This document shows, piece by piece, positions 43,801 to 58,128 of a stretch of DNA of 64,000 bases. Numbering within the stretch: position 1 is the stretch's first letter; every line of letters begins with the position of its first letter. The notes beneath the pieces are model-generated. The model saw nothing but the letters and a program-made list of their open reading frames with translations. It had not been told where the DNA came from and made no database searches. The position numbers and the translations under genes were made by a program. Where the stretch lies: NCBI RefSeq assembly GCF_009914755.1, contig NC_060928.1; one strand, written 5' to 3'. The stretch comes from the human T2T-CHM13v2.0 reference genome, Homo sapiens.

Positions 43801-44399
43801 AATTTCTTTAAATCAGATTAATTTTTCATAAAAATATTTTAGAATGTATGAATTCTGATATTTACATTTATAATGGTAAAAGTTTTTTCCGTTTAGTTTA
43901 GTAAGACAATACTCACACAAAAGAGTAAAAAAAAATCACACCACCTTATGATAGTTTGATTTCTAAATTGCTTAAGAAAGTAAAGTGGTTAAACTGGAAA
44001 AGAGGAACATATTTCGGAGGTTTAGAATCGAAAATTTTTTTCTTAATCTCCAGCTGGAAAATAATTCTCTGCATCCATTTAAAGTGTATCTCCTGAAGTG
44101 CCAGATTGGAGTTGACTGGTGATCAATTTAAAGGAGTTACAATCCAAAGAAATGGTGAGAGCTTGGCATCCAGGCCTGGCTCCCAGGTAATTCGCTTGGG
44201 CCTGAGAGGTCACTAACTGCCAGTTAAGATGGAATCTTTTTCTTTTCTTTTTTTTCCCAATGGATAACAATGGGAAGGGGGCTAATCTTCCAGTAGCTGA
44301 AACTTTGTACCCAGCCCTTTATCTTGAGAATGCTAATCCTTGGCCCGAGGATTTGTTCCTGCAGTGTTGGCACCGAGATTTAAGGGAAGATACCTCGTT

Positions 44400-45850
44400 T
44401 TAAATGCCAGCCACGGTCTGGCTTCCCTCTCGACTTCAGCACCCTGTAGATTGTTAGTGTCTGTGGCGGGGGACGAAAGGAACAGGGCTTTGCAAGGTCT
44501 GTTTGCCGACTGCGTTACCTTGGGCGAAACTTAGCCCCAAAAGCCACAAATCACCTACGGTGAAGATTCTCCGAAGTGGAACAAATTTCCAGACTCGCAT
44601 TATCTCACATCCCTGCGGGATAGATGGCCTCCACTTACCGGCTACCGGGAGAGAGCTGCTGTCTCCGCGTCCCACTGCTTCCCGGGGCGATTTCCAGCGA
44701 GCCGAGCCTCCGGCTGCACGGCAAGCGCCCGAAAGCCGGGCCTGAGAGGACTGCAGGGCTCCTGAGGGTGCCAAGTTCCGAAGGAGTCCACGGGTGCACT
44801 GGGGCCTCCGAAATCTAGCCGCCACTGGCAGTTTCTTTCTGCTCCTCTCCAGCTTTCTCGCTCGGTCTCGCACTCTCTCTCCTCTCCCTCCCTCTCATCC
44901 CTCTCTCTTCCCTCTGCTCCTACTCCGTGTGGGGAGTGACGTGACGTCAGCAGAGATTCCACCAAACTCCACTGCACAGTGGCGCGCGGGCGGCCGGCCG
45001 AGCCCGGCTGCGCGGCTGGCGATCCAGGAGCGAGCACAGCGCCCGGGCGAGCGCCGGGGGGAGCGAGCAGGGGCGACGAGAAACGAGGCAGGGGAGGGAA
45101 GCAGATGCCAGCCGGCCGAAGAGTCGGGAGCCGGAGCCGGGAGAGCGAAAGGAGAGGGGACCTGGCGGGGCACTTAGGAGCCAACCGAGGAGCAGGAGCA
45201 CGGACTCCCACTGTGGAAAGGAGGACCAGAAGGGAGGATGGGATGGAAGAGAAGAAAAAGCAATCTGCGCCAACCCGGCAGCCCTAATAAATCAAAGGGG
45301 GAGCGCCAGGGCAGCGGGGAGACAGAAACGTACTTTTGGGGAGCAAATCAGGACGGGCTGGGAGGAAGCGACAGGGAAAGTGGCCCAAGAGACGGAACAA
45401 AGGACAATGTTCATGGGGTTGTTTGGGACGAGGCGTGTGGAGTGTGGGTGTGAGCGTGCGTGTGTGACCTTCTTTCAGGCCTGCAGAGTTGAGGAAAGAG
45501 GTCACAGCAAAGAGGGACTGCGGAGGGAGGAAAGTGAGAGACCGGTAGAGGGCGGGAGTGGAGGTGGGCGCGGTGGGGATGGGAGAGGATGAGTGAAGAG
45601 AAATCTAGAAGAATGGAGTGAGCTAGTGGGAGAGGGTGGGAGGGCCACAGCCGGGAGCGAACGAGCTAGGCTTGTCAGCTGGGGAAGGCCGGGACGCTGG
45701 GCCCAGCTTAGCTGGGACACCGCGCCCGAGGTCAAGGCGGGTGGACCAGGCATGCTGAGAGTGTCGGCGCACAGGTGGGCACGGCCACGCACTGACCCAG
45801 TGTTCACGAAGGGTTTGCACTGGACAAGGCTCAGACGCTCATAGAGTCTA
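44400..45850. promoter_or_regulatory. CpG island and PITX2a/b promoter
   Basis: Dense CpG, full CRE TGACGTCA 44942-44949, TCF/LEF ATCAAAG 45291-45297. Confidence 0.85.
44639..45210 (-). other. PITX2: PITX2a/b non-coding 5' exon (upstream end approximate)
   Basis: Strong minus-strand donor CGG|gtaagt at 44639/44638 inside a CpG island upstream of the 40866 acceptor. The TSS estimate is from recalled gene structure. Confidence 0.65.
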
Positions 45851-48800
45851 GAATTTCCTCTGCTGTACCTACATTCAACAAGTTCACCCTGGGTCACGGA
45901 TATCTCATTTTTTAAAATGACGAGGTTAAGGTTCCTGGCGAGGATGGTATTAAATTGCACGGGATAGAAGTGGGGGTGGGGGAGAGAGTTTCCCTCAAGT
46001 CCACATTTGCTCCTGCAAAGCAAAGAGTATGTGAAATTACAGGGCATATTCTCACTCGAAAAGTGTGCCTTACTTCTGAACCCTGATTTTCTGATTTCTT
46101 GACTTGAGCAAAGATGTGTATTTTGGTAGTGAGCAGAATATTTTGGCTCTGTCCTGCCTCTGAGTGGAAGGACTATAAATATAATTCGCCTGGAGGACCA
46201 GGTGTGAAGGCTTCTGCCAGGCATATGGGACAATGTTTTTTCAATCTCAAGGGCATCCTGTTAATGTATGTTTTTGGAAAGTGCCGGAACACAGCCATTG
46301 CTCCTGGATTCGGATTTTCCCACCAATATTAATTCCTGCTTGAGAGCAAAACTCAGGCCCGCTATTAAAAAGACATCTCTTTGGTCCCTAATTGAGAATA
46401 AAGTTCCCTCTAAAAGTTGTATTGCTCTTCCTAAATCAATATACCAATACTCGCAATTTTAGAAATATATAGTGACTCGGGAGAATGTGCATAAAATAGA
46501 TACGTTTAAAAAAGCTTGGCGCTTAAAACTAACCCTAGTCACTATATAGGTGCTGGGCTTTCCCTACTTTTGGGGGCTGTCTGGAACATGTTATGTGTTT
46601 TCTTGAATTACTCCGTGTTTTGAATTCATTTGAGTTAGCAGTAAAAACAGGCAAACAAACTTGCTCAATTTGTTTTGAGTGCTAAATCCCTTCACTTTGA
46701 AATAGCTAACAGTCGACAGATGGACTCATTTTATGGAAAGGGTTAGCCTCTTCAGCCACGAAGAAAACTGATTAGAGATCTACATTTTAAGCCATTTCTA
46801 ACCTCCACGTAACATCCGTGAAAACTCAAACTTTCTCTCTTTACCCAGTGGAAACTCAAAGCAGTGTTATTTAAGGGGAGAGAAATGAGGGGGAAAATGC
46901 CCACGTGCTGTTTAATTGTATTTCCTCTCTGACTCTGAGAATTTCTATTTCTGGTTTTTGAAATCTCGCCGAGGCAAGAAAATCAAATTTCTTCAACAAG
47001 TCCCACAACTGAACTCTAGTTACAGGACACCGGAAAGTGCAGTCCGAGAAAGACATCTTCACCTCTGCCCATCGACGATTTTTGCAGCCTCCCCATTCCT
47101 CTGAGTAATGGGCTAATAATCCTCTCTTTTTTTCTTTTCATTTTGTAGAGATTAAGAGGCGCTCGTAGCAGAACGGCCTTGCCTTCAGCTGGTGGCGAGG
47201 ATAGGCAATCTCATGGAAAAGTTGGAAGAGAATGAGAAAACCAAAGACAGAAAGATTCAGAGATCCGCGGAGAGACACAGGGAGAGGGAAGGGAGTTGCG
47301 CTGAAAAGACGCAAAGATACGCGCGTGCAACTCCCTCCCCTTTCAGGTTTCAGAGGTTTGCAAACCAGGGCTGAGAGGAAGGGGCTCGGGAAGCTCACGT
47401 TCCTCTCGCCCCCCTTCTGTCTGGAGTCTCGCCCGCCAGAGGCTGGTTAACCCCAGTCCCGGCCGCCGCAGACACTGCGCTGAGCTTTTGGGTCCTCGCC
47501 TTGCCCAGCGCCAGTGCAGCTGAAGTGAGCAGCTGGTGGGAAATGCAAATGGCTCCTGGAGAAATAGAAGATACAGAATGATTCTCATTCCCTCCTCGAG
47601 TGTGTGGAAGGAGCTGGACATACGTTTCACGCTCCTAATCCTTCTTTTACATTTTTAGTCATACTCCTATTAAACAACTAATTAATGCCCAGAATCACCA
47701 GGGAATACATTAGGCATGCAATCGTAGAAGCAGGGTGCTGGGGGGCTACAAACCACCGAGCTGATTTAAGACGTGGATTTCAGGTTTTTCCCTTGTCAAA
47801 GCAGTAAAGGAAGAGCGGGCCTTGGCGACTGTATTTAGATTCCGATTACTTCAAATTAGAAGGGGGTGGAGGGAGCGTCCAAGCAAAGCAAGCAATTCTC
47901 TGCCCTGCAGATGTAAACAAGATTGTAGCATCAAAGGTACTAGCTCCTTTAGGGCTAGATCGCCTGGACTGGGAGCCTGGGGAAGGGGAGACACTAACCT
48001 TACGTATCTGTGAATTTCAAGGATGTTACATTTTTACATAAACAACTCCAGTGCGGATTCTCTGGAATGGGGGGAGTAATACCCCCATTCTAGAATATTA
48101 AAACATTTTCCCCCCAAAGCGTATATCCTTTTTATTTCCTCAAAATTTTGAACTATGTCTAAAGATAATAGTCTTCCAGTAAACTGGAGCATTGGACCAT
48201 TTCCTTCACCCTTTCCTACCGACATTTTGATGATCTGATTTTAATGTGTGGGGGGCACAGGGAATTAAATACAGCCCATAAAACTAAGCTTAGATGAAAC
48301 AGTGCTGGCTAAGTGGGTTCAGATAATTTTTAATGAGAATCTCAATTACACTCCTCCCCCCAATATGTTGAGACAAGTGACAGAACCGTTAGAATGGTAA
48401 TCAAATTGGAAAGCTCAGGGAGAACAACAATTTCGTGATCAAATTGGGGCAAAACCGTGGACAAATGTGGGGTGACCTCCGCCAACTCCCTGTCACCCAA
48501 GAGTCAGGATTTGGGAAAGGTACAGTATTATTTCAGAGCCCGCTGTGACGGGCTGTGTGCTACCATTTACTTTCTTCACTCTGGATTATGATCTCAACCC
48601 TGGCAAGCAATTTCCCCAGCTCCTTATCTGACAACAAGCGAGTATGTAAATACCAATGGCTAGCGATGTTTAACTGCCTCAAACATTATTGATTTGTTGG
48701 CTGTTCTAAATTGTCTTCCTAGTCCAGGTCTTGTTTCCGAATTGTCTATTCTAGAGGTTTGATCCATGCCTCCGATGCTACAATACAATAATTGTTTTTT

Positions 48801-49776
48801 TAAAAAAGGCATTTAAGATGAACCAATTGATTTGCATATAAATTAAAATTACTATGCGTTGCCGATTCCGGTGTTTTATAATCATTTCGAAATTAGTACT
48901 TAACCACTTGAGCTAAAAGAATATATAAATGCCTGTATTGACTCACTAATGAATTACCCAATTAAAACGTCCGGGCAATGCTGGGCGCTGGAAAGATTGT
49001 TAAATCAAGACATATTACAGGAGGGATATGAAGATTAGAAAGGTAACAGACCAATATCTCGCACTCAAAACGGAGTTTCCGGTGATTCCCAGCTTTAATT
49101 TTGGAGCAGGGGTCTTTCTCCTCTGCTGTTAAAAAGATTTTGTGCTTGTTTGTGAGTGAGTGCATTCAAGTGGAAGGAACGCTCCCACGGCTACGGTGGC
49201 TCAGGCCCTTTGCTCGGACCGGGACCTTACAGTTCTAACCCAGGAGCGTTAAACTCTGGAAGACTCCGGGCCAGCCCTGGAGGTGCGTGGCCCCGCAAGT
49301 CGCCAGGCCAAGCTTGCTTTTTCTGTCTGCCCCTCCGGCAGGCTGGGCGCGCTATGGCAGTGAGCTTTCCGCGCAAACGGAGAGCTGGAACCAAAGCTGA
49401 CATTTAATAGATATGCTAACTGAGCACTTACCTTCGTCCTGAGAATAGGAATAAAAGGTAGCTCTTCTTAAGAGAGGCGGTGCAAAGGCACGCTATAGGA
49501 GTTCAGAAAAGGCTGGCGGCGGGAAATCTGTAGCCTGGGGGCTAGTCAACATCCCCTTTCATTTCAAGCACTTATTGATTTGCTGTTGTCATCTTTGGCG
49601 ACGCAGAAGGACACTTGAAAGAATTTCTGATGGGGCTCTGATCTGAGAAAGGAGGTGACCTGCCCAGGCTCCCACCAAATTCTTAATTACCACATCAACT
49701 GCTTTTTTTTATCCCCCACCCGACCTCCTTCCTTTTGCTTATTCTTAACTTTTTAATTATTCAGAAACTCCCTTAC

Positions 49777-49980
49777 CTCTCAGTGGCTTCCCTTCTGCAG
49801 CAGTTTTCTATTCGAACCTTTTCCCCGCCTTTCCGTGGTAGGGCCTGTATATTGATCCCTCTGACCTTTGGCACATCTGGGCCCTCTGAAATCTCTCAAT
49901 CTTTTCAGATTTGAGGATGGCAGGCTCCACCCTCTCCACTGTGTGCACACACTCAGAGATATGAAAACTTACACAGACTG
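49777..49980 (-). other. PITX2: Candidate distal non-coding first exon of PITX2
   Basis: Donor GAG|gtaagg at 49777/49776, consistent with recalled longer PITX2 variants. The TSS cannot be determined from sequence. Confidence 0.4.
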
Positions 49981-51829
49981 CCTTCAAACCCAGGGTATCT
50001 AACAGATGTTCCCTTTCCAGTTCGTCTCTTGATCTGAAATGCCTGCCTGATTCCAACTTGGATACCACTCTTTCTTGCCCTTCCTTTTTCAAAGCAGTTT
50101 GGACATGTGTGCAAGTGAGCCCAGAACAGCTCCACCCATATTCTTTACCAAACTGTAAATAAAAGAAGAACTAATGAAGTAGATTGGCATATAGATTGCA
50201 TCAAGAGCCCGAATCCCCAGTTTCTGGATTCCCCATTCAACTCTGGCTGTCATCTACATTGACAGAGTCATTCTAAGCAGAGGCCCAGAGAAACCTGCAT
50301 TGTGGGACAACAGGTAAAGCCACAGTAAAAAGTGGAATAATTTTAAAGTCATTTTATTAGAATGTAAATTGTATTTCTGGGTTTTGTTCGTAACCACCTA
50401 GTTTTAATATATACAGAGTTAGACAGGAAAAAATAGGTCAACACAGTTATTGGTACTAGAGAAGACAAATTCCATGGGCTCCTCAGTGAAAAGAAGATCC
50501 CCAAAGTCTATAATTTTTGATCATTTAATTTCATTTATAATTGTGGGAATGAATAAGACACCAACTGCTTTATGTATTTCATTTACATCAACCAATTTGT
50601 GTTTCCATCAAAAGCAGTTATACAGAATTTCTTTTAACTTCTGGTAGCAAGTTCAGAAAATGAAGCTTACAGCCACCCTGAACTGGATACATCTCTTGAG
50701 CTGACCATTTCTGTAAGTGCAGGAATATAATATTGTTCTTCTATGGTCTTTTTGCACTCTTTTAGGGTTTGCAAGTCCTTATCAGGTCTGACATCACTGT
50801 TTGGGTCTACATTCATTACAAGCAAATTTGATTACTATGCTGATTTTAAAACAGCCTATTTGGCCAGCATAATCTTAGTTTTCAAATTATAAAAACCTTT
50901 TAATATACGAAGTTCCCAGTTTTTACCTCCTCTAGCTCCTTGCTCATTCAAAACTTCTATTTTAATTGGTGTAAGTAATAATAATTTGTATTACTATTTG
51001 TACTCCTTTTACTTTTTTGGAGATTGGGCTGGATTCCAGAGAGAACACCAGCATCACCACCACCACAAACAACAAAATCTAAAAGTAAAGCCCTTATTTG
51101 CATGATAATTGGTACTTGGAATGCTTCTGACTTACTCAATGCCACCTTATAAAGGTACCTTGTAAACTTTCTTGGAATTTCTAGCAAGAGCTTGTAGTAA
51201 CTGGAACAACTCTCTGGGAAGATATCCTCTTTGATGGGCTTTCAGTTTCTGGAGGAATAGATTGAGAGCAATTAGGGAGGGAGGGGACATTGGAAATTGG
51301 CAGCTACGTCAGCTGAAACAAGCCTGGGTTCAGTAAGGTGACTGATGTTGTGGTTGATTCCCTACCCCGAGTTTCTCTTTAATTGGGGCACTGACTCTTC
51401 CCACTTTGGGATCCCAAGGCACTCGGTGTGTATGCAGATTCCTCCCTTGTGGTCTTCACCATGTGGTTTCGTAGCAGGTCTCTGGTTCAATGATATTTTA
51501 TAGTCATAGCCCTCATATTCATTATCATGATCTCAATGTTTAGGCTTTTAGTGTATTTATATTAAACCTGCTTTATTAGTAAGCTGGAGCACACAGGAGA
51601 GATGGGGGCAAGTAAGGACTCAGCAGAGCTCAAATTCAGACATGTTTAAATGGCTTTGACTGTGTAAAGTGTGGCAATGCTTCCTGCTGCCCTAGCTTTC
51701 CACTCTAAGCTTCACATGTCCTCTGGCTAATGAAGTGTGATATAGGCCACATGCTAGGAATAATAGTATTTGTTGAGAACAAAGTGAACTCAGGAAACCT
51801 GGTATACACAAAATGCATCTAGTCATTTG

Positions 51830-52160
51830 AATTAGTAATAATGGTAAAAACTAATATTTACAGAGTGCTTAGTTAATTTAGCTATTGTACTAAACACTTT
51901 TGTATTGACAATCACACTTATTCCTTATGCCAACACTACAAGGTAGGTACTGTCATTTTACAAATGAAGACAGTGAGGTTTGCCATGATTGTGTCACTGG
52001 CCCAAGGTCACCCAGCTGGTTAGAGCACAAGCTTATAACTGCTGGAGGCCACAGTGGATAGGATATTGCTTCAGGTCACGTAGGCAGTAAGTGGCATAGT
52101 GGGAATTTGAATCTAGGTTTGTGTAACTCCAAAGTCCAAAATGTTAACTAGTACACTGAA
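51830..52160 (-). mobile_element. MIR fragments
   Basis: cattttacaaatgaagacagtgagg...cccaaggtcac...ggaatttgaatctagg. Confidence 0.65.
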
Positions 52161-55100
52161 CCAATGGCAACTGGAACCAGAAGACCAGGGGCCTCTGGGG
52201 GAAGGAAATATAGAACTTACCTATGGAATATTTCATAAACAAAAGAATAATGCAGAGACAGGAAAGCAAATATATTTCTTGAGGGATGGAGAAAGTCAGA
52301 AATGTTTTAAATGCTAAAGAGGAGGAAACGAGAAATGATTGGATGAGAAAGCAGAAAAGCCAAACTCCGGTATTTGTCCTGGGCAGTTTAGGAAGAGAAA
52401 GGTAAGCTCAGGGATATTCCTGAGCCACAGGAAAATTAATGCTTAGATGGTCAGTTTGGACTAAGCCTAATATAGGATCTCAGGAATATGGTTTACTAGA
52501 ACTGTTTCCCAGTAATTCCAAGGGAGAATAAAATCTCTGAATTGGGTTTAAGTAGTTTTATTCCAGAAGCAAAGAGAGATGGAAGTAAGGACCGAGTAAT
52601 AAGAACATCTATATTGCAAGAACATGCAAGTTGAGTAGGAGTGAAATCTAGAAAAACCTGTTAGGACTCTGGTTGTTGTGTTAAACCATGCTACACTCTA
52701 AGTAGAAATCAGATTTTTATTATCATTACTTGCCTAGGTCTAGTTAGCAACTCTATTATTGTAGTAAAGTCATTTGAAATTTTAAGAGAAATGACTTCTT
52801 GTGCTGAAGAAGACATCTTGGGTGGAAGGATGTCAGCAGACAAATGGAGTGCAAAGATAGTGATTCCAAGGACATAGCCTGTGGGGAGCAATACTGGATT
52901 ACATACCCGTTGTTTGTGGTAGAATGTTAGCTAGGGGAGAACACCAGGTAGCTTTCTACAAGTCCATTTTATCACAAAAAGACAGGACTGATTCTAAAGG
53001 TTATTCTCAATTCAGGTTTGTCCCATTATTGAAAATGATCCAAAATTGGATTCATTTTGGCCTTTTCCAGGAGGGATAGATAAATATAATTTGTATATAT
53101 GGCTTTTCAGTTTTAGGAAGCATAGGAGGAGAATGAAAGAATCAATCCAGTCTCCTGTTTTCTGGTAAAAACTCTCATACCTGTGCTGTTGCAAGAATTC
53201 AAGACTATCTCGTCCAGAATGCTGTGGTATTTTTGAAAGTAAGGTTTGAGGGCACACAGAGCCTTATTTTCTATCTCTACGCTGTGGATCTCATTGTTTT
53301 TTCTAAATGGGAAAGAGAAATTAGAATTCATAGAAAGTAAGGTCTGGAAAGGATCTAGAGGGTACTCCTCTCCCTCAGCCTATGTTTAAATTACTTCCAG
53401 AAATATAGCCAGCTACACTTTTCAGTAAAGAGCCTCCTACGGTCCCTTGGTAATGCATTCTCATGCTTCATAATTTCACAGCTACACTGTATATCTATTG
53501 ACTAAACTCCAAGTACTGAAGAAAATGATGTCACATCAAAAAGCTCTAATTAGTAGGGGGCATGTTTTCCAGAGTTCTCCAAATATTTCACATCTTTACC
53601 CTAAAAAAAGATGAAAATATTATTAGCCTAATTTAACAGATGGAAAATTCTGTCATAGAGACTTTTAGAGAGTTACACCTGGTTATGCAGCGTGATGCCT
53701 GAAAGAACTAAATTAAAAACAAAGTCAGGAAATTCTATGTTCAGGGCTTTTCTAGCAGACACATCACTTCTTGGGGGCTGGTTATTATCTTTCTGCCTGA
53801 GTAAAGTACATGTTTGATTGTAACTCTATCTGTCCTTCTGTTTGTCTGCCTGTGAGTAGTTTATCTTTTAATCCATCAATTTATCTCCTTGCTAGTTTTT
53901 TAAAACACCATAAGTTAACCAATGTTGATAAAATTTCACCCTCACCATGAGTGCTACTTGAGCAGATTGAGATGGTTGTCATATTTTTCAAATATCACGT
54001 GTAACAAACAGTGCTGCTACTGTCTTAGCGTCATGACTTTGTTCTTATCTGGAAATTGTACAAATACCACACCTTTTGTCATGACAGGACCACTTCCACT
54101 TATTAGGACTTTTGATATTTGTGCTGTCACTTGGGAGAATGTTGATCATTTTGTTCATGCCACTCTTGAGGTTATAACAACCGCTTTTTTGTTTAGCTGT
54201 GTCTTTTTTTCCACAGGTGAATTTAGTTTTTTTTCTCATGCTTGATTTCAAGAAACTGGTGCTTCACTGAAAGATGTTTAAATTTCCTGAGAGAAAATGT
54301 TGGAGCAAGAATAATTTGTCATGTACTGTCCTTATCTGAGTATTAATGTTCTTTCAACTTCATATGTTCCCAAACTTTTTGAGAATTTCTTTTTCTTGAA
54401 TGTAATTTATGAATCAAAAGTGATCGTAATCCTCAAAATATCATGTTGTCCACAGTAAATATATACAATTTTTATTTGTCAACTAAAAAAAGCAATAGGG
54501 TTCTTACTCCTATTTTTGATATTTGCTCTTTTTATCCTCTCCTTAAGTATTTCCTTTCTTCTCTCAGAGATGTATTCACTGAGAGCATTTTGTTATTTTT
54601 CTCTCCCCGCAGCCATGCATGATTAAAGCTGTGTTCTTGAAATTCTTTATTCTTTTTGTTACAACTGATAACTCATTCTGCTTTTCATTAATTCATTAAT
54701 GTCATTCTACTGGTTTCTGATTTACACAAATCAAATAGACTCTAGAAAACTCAATAAAAATAAAAATAATGTTTTCCATCCTGAAATATTTATTTATTGT
54801 TTTCCTCTAGGGTACATATATCATATTCCTTTTCCTCATACTCCACCCTTTCTGAATCCACAAGAATGTGTTATTGAATACAGAGAAAACAATTTAAGAA
54901 AGGAAAAGGAATGACCTGCCTAAAATGAGGAAAAAGCAGAGTCGAGGTCTAGGATTGTGGCTCAACAAGATGATTCAGTTACTTTCTGGTAGCTTTATTT
55001 TTTGGTAATTTCTTAAGCTGAGTTCTGGATGATGTAAATAATATTTTTAGATCTTTAATGGGCATATGCTGAATTAAAAAGAAAAATTCATGGCATCTTT

Positions 55101-55211
55101 TAACTATGTGCAAATGAGCAAAGAAAAAGGAAAGAAAAGGAGTGGTTAAACTGACATGGTAGGGTTCAGGATTGGGGGAAGAAGAAAGAGTAATAGAGAG
55201 AGTGGAATAGT

Positions 55212-55560
55212 TAAAAAAAGAATGAGATCATGCCTTTTGCAGAAATATGGATGGAGCTGGAGGCCATTATCCTTAGCAAACTAAATCAGGACCAGAAAAC
55301 CAAATAACGCATGTTCTCACTTATAAGTGGGAGCTAAATGAGGAGAACTCATAGATACAAAGAGAGGAACAACAGACACTGGGGCCTATTGGAAGGTGGC
55401 GGATGGGAGAGGGGAGAGGATCAGAAAAAATAACTATTGGGTACGAGGCTTAGTACCTGGGTGACAAAATAATCTGTACAACAAATCCCTGTGACAGGTT
55501 TACCTACATAACAAACCTGCACATGTGCTCTGAACCTGAGATACAACTTAAAGAAAAAGA
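55212..55560 (+). mobile_element. Older L1 3' end (L1PA15/16 or L1PB-like)
   Basis: ggatggagctggaggccattatccttagcaaacta...catgttctcacttataagtgggagctaaa...aacaaacctgcacatg. Confidence 0.85.
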
Positions 55561-55821
55561 GAGCGCACTTGTTTGCAAATTGGCTTTAGCAGACTGTTTT
55601 TTGAGTCCTTTTTGTTTCCCAAATTGAATTTAAGTGGTATTACATTTTTAAATGAAAACTTTACTTCTAATTATAGGTGAAGTTAATTTCTCACCTTCCC
55701 AACAATTTTTTTATCATCTTTTGTATTGTAAGCAAGGCAAAGATTTAGTTTAAATGTTGCTAGCTTAGTTTATTTTTTAAAAAATATATCTTCTGAGAGG
55801 TTTGAGAAAACTAAGAAAGTA

Positions 55822-55895
55822 TATTTTGTTTAGCCTTTCCAAATACTATTTCCCTGGAAATAGTATTTTGTTTAGCCTTTCCAAATACTATTTCC
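55822..55895. repeat. 32-bp direct duplication with a 13-bp hairpin at the junction
   Basis: tattttgtttagcctttccaaatactatttcc at 55822-55853 and 55864-55895. Confidence 0.9.
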
Positions 55896-57844
55896 TAATC
55901 AGTGAGTTAGTCCAGACCTCAGAGGGCTCCTGGAATTAGAAAGAAGGCAAGGATGAACATCAGGTTCAAGATTATTCTTATGTTGCTTTACTACCAAACC
56001 AGAAAATCTGGATGTCCTGCAGGCAGGCATGTTTATGAGAGTTACTCAAAAAAGATATGCCCCCTGAAGTGCCAAGTTTAGTGATCACGCAGTCCATGTG
56101 GAATGAGGAGTCTGCCAGGACAGAGGAGCTTGAGTTGGGAGGCTGGGGTAGAAGCATGATAACCCTCCAGGTTCCCCTCTGTTACCATGTACCAGACTAC
56201 TTGCTGCCCCATGGGAACCAACATCTGTGTTCTATTTATTACTAGCTCATTGGCCTATGCCTGTCTGGCTATGGCCTATGGATAGTGAAAGATAAAGAGT
56301 AGAGTTGAGTGGGGAGTAAATAAAAATCAACATTTTTATGTGAAATAAAAAATTAATTCTAAAATAGAATGAAATACTGATCTGGATCATATTCACTGAT
56401 TTTAATTGATTTATCATTTCTGATTCCCTACCTTAGGTTATAAGCAGATACCTGAAAATTGTGAAATTGATATAAACCCAGATCTTCAAAGCAACTGATG
56501 ACCAAGGGGACTGTGATATAATAGCCACATATTCTTTACCAGTGTTAGGTTTTAGTTAATAAACATTACTATGGAGCTGAAAAATACCTCACTGTTTTTG
56601 AAGTCATTGACTGTGGTTTTCGCTGTTATTTTGAACAATGGATTTTTTTTCTGAGGTTGTTATTCTTACCAGGATTTTTCCTTTATATTTGAGTTCACAG
56701 CTATAAAAAAATACAAATAAGCTGTCATGAAACATTTAAGAAAGCTAAATCTGATCTCTCTATCCTACTTAGAAGTAAAATGATTAAACTATATGTGGCG
56801 TTTTGTTTTATTAAAGTTTTCATTTTAAAAGACAGTTTAAAATAGTTACATAATTGGGAATATATTCTCTGTGCCTAACCCTGTATTCTCTATGTAGAGA
56901 AATGAAAAAATGCTTAAAAAATTCAAAATAGGAGGTTCATTTGAAGCATTGCGATTTTAAATAAACCACCCTGTATAAATGTGTGCATAAATATTTATGC
57001 ACATATATACATACATTATATATCAACATTTCCTCTAAGTTCTATCTGCTTATAATTTTGATAACAAAAACAAAGAATAGGATAAATAATAATCAAGATG
57101 GGAAACCCTCTGACTCATTTAGACAACTCATATGAATTCTTTAAATGTCCCCAATTTATTTATCAAAGATGTTGTCTCATTCCCTAGTGAGTTCATGTAG
57201 CCCTTATTTAAGATTTAGCCCAAAATTTAACTGCACACTTCACTCAGTATAGGATAATGCTTAAAATGTGAAAACAATATTTTATATTTTTAGAAAGCGT
57301 TCTCTGAAAAGTGTTGGTGAATTATAAAAAACCAAGCAATCCAGTTCAGACATTCCCTGCCTCTCCTATCCCTAATCTCTTCATTCATAGAGGTGATTTT
57401 CCTATAATAGTAATAGCTAGTTAGAATATATTTAATAAAGGATTGACTCTTAATTTAAATAAGAGTAAAGTCCCTATGGTAAGATTCTTAGTAAGGGTTA
57501 TGAGGGAGCTTTTTATTTTTCCTCCCCAAGAACACCTTGGCGTAGTTACACATAATTAAAAAAGTGTATGGCTTTATCGGAAGCTGACTCTTCTCTGGAA
57601 TAATGTTGAGAGTTAATGAAAACCTCCTTGTCTCAGGCCAATTAAAAAAAATAAGTGACATGGTCTTCCAAGTATAAAATGATAGGCTGGAATATTTTTA
57701 GATGACATATAATGTGTCAATTCTAACCACTGGATTGTTCTGGCCTGAGGAAGTTAAAAAATCCCCCAACTCTTTTCATTCATTCTTATATTCTGTGTCA
57801 AAAGGGCTGGCTAATTATTCTGTATTAAAAATACAGCAAATTTA

Positions 57845-58128
57845 TGCCAGGTGCAGTGGCTCATACCTGTAATCCCAGCACTTTGGGAGGCAGAGGCAGG
57901 CAGACCAGCTTGAGGCCGGCAGTTCGAGATCAGCTTGGCCAATATGGCAAAACCCTGTCTCTACTAAAAATACAAAAAAATTAGCCGGGCCTGGTGGCAC
58001 ATGCCTGTAGTTCCAGCTATTCAGGGAGGCTGAGACACAAGAATCGCCATTGCACCCCAGCCTGGGCGACAGAGTGAGACCCTGTCTCAAAAAACAAAAC
58101 AACAACAACAACAACAAACCAAAAAACA
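57845..58128 (+). mobile_element. Alu (S-like) with an internal right-arm deletion and a (CAA)n tail
   Basis: gaatcgc is joined directly to cattgcac. Confidence 0.9.

Noticed and set aside
45502-46233. 243-aa minus-strand ORF upstream of exon 1
   Set aside because: Starts at TTG, no recognisable homology, overlaps promoter and low-complexity sequence. PhyloCSF or Ribo-seq would be needed to revive it.
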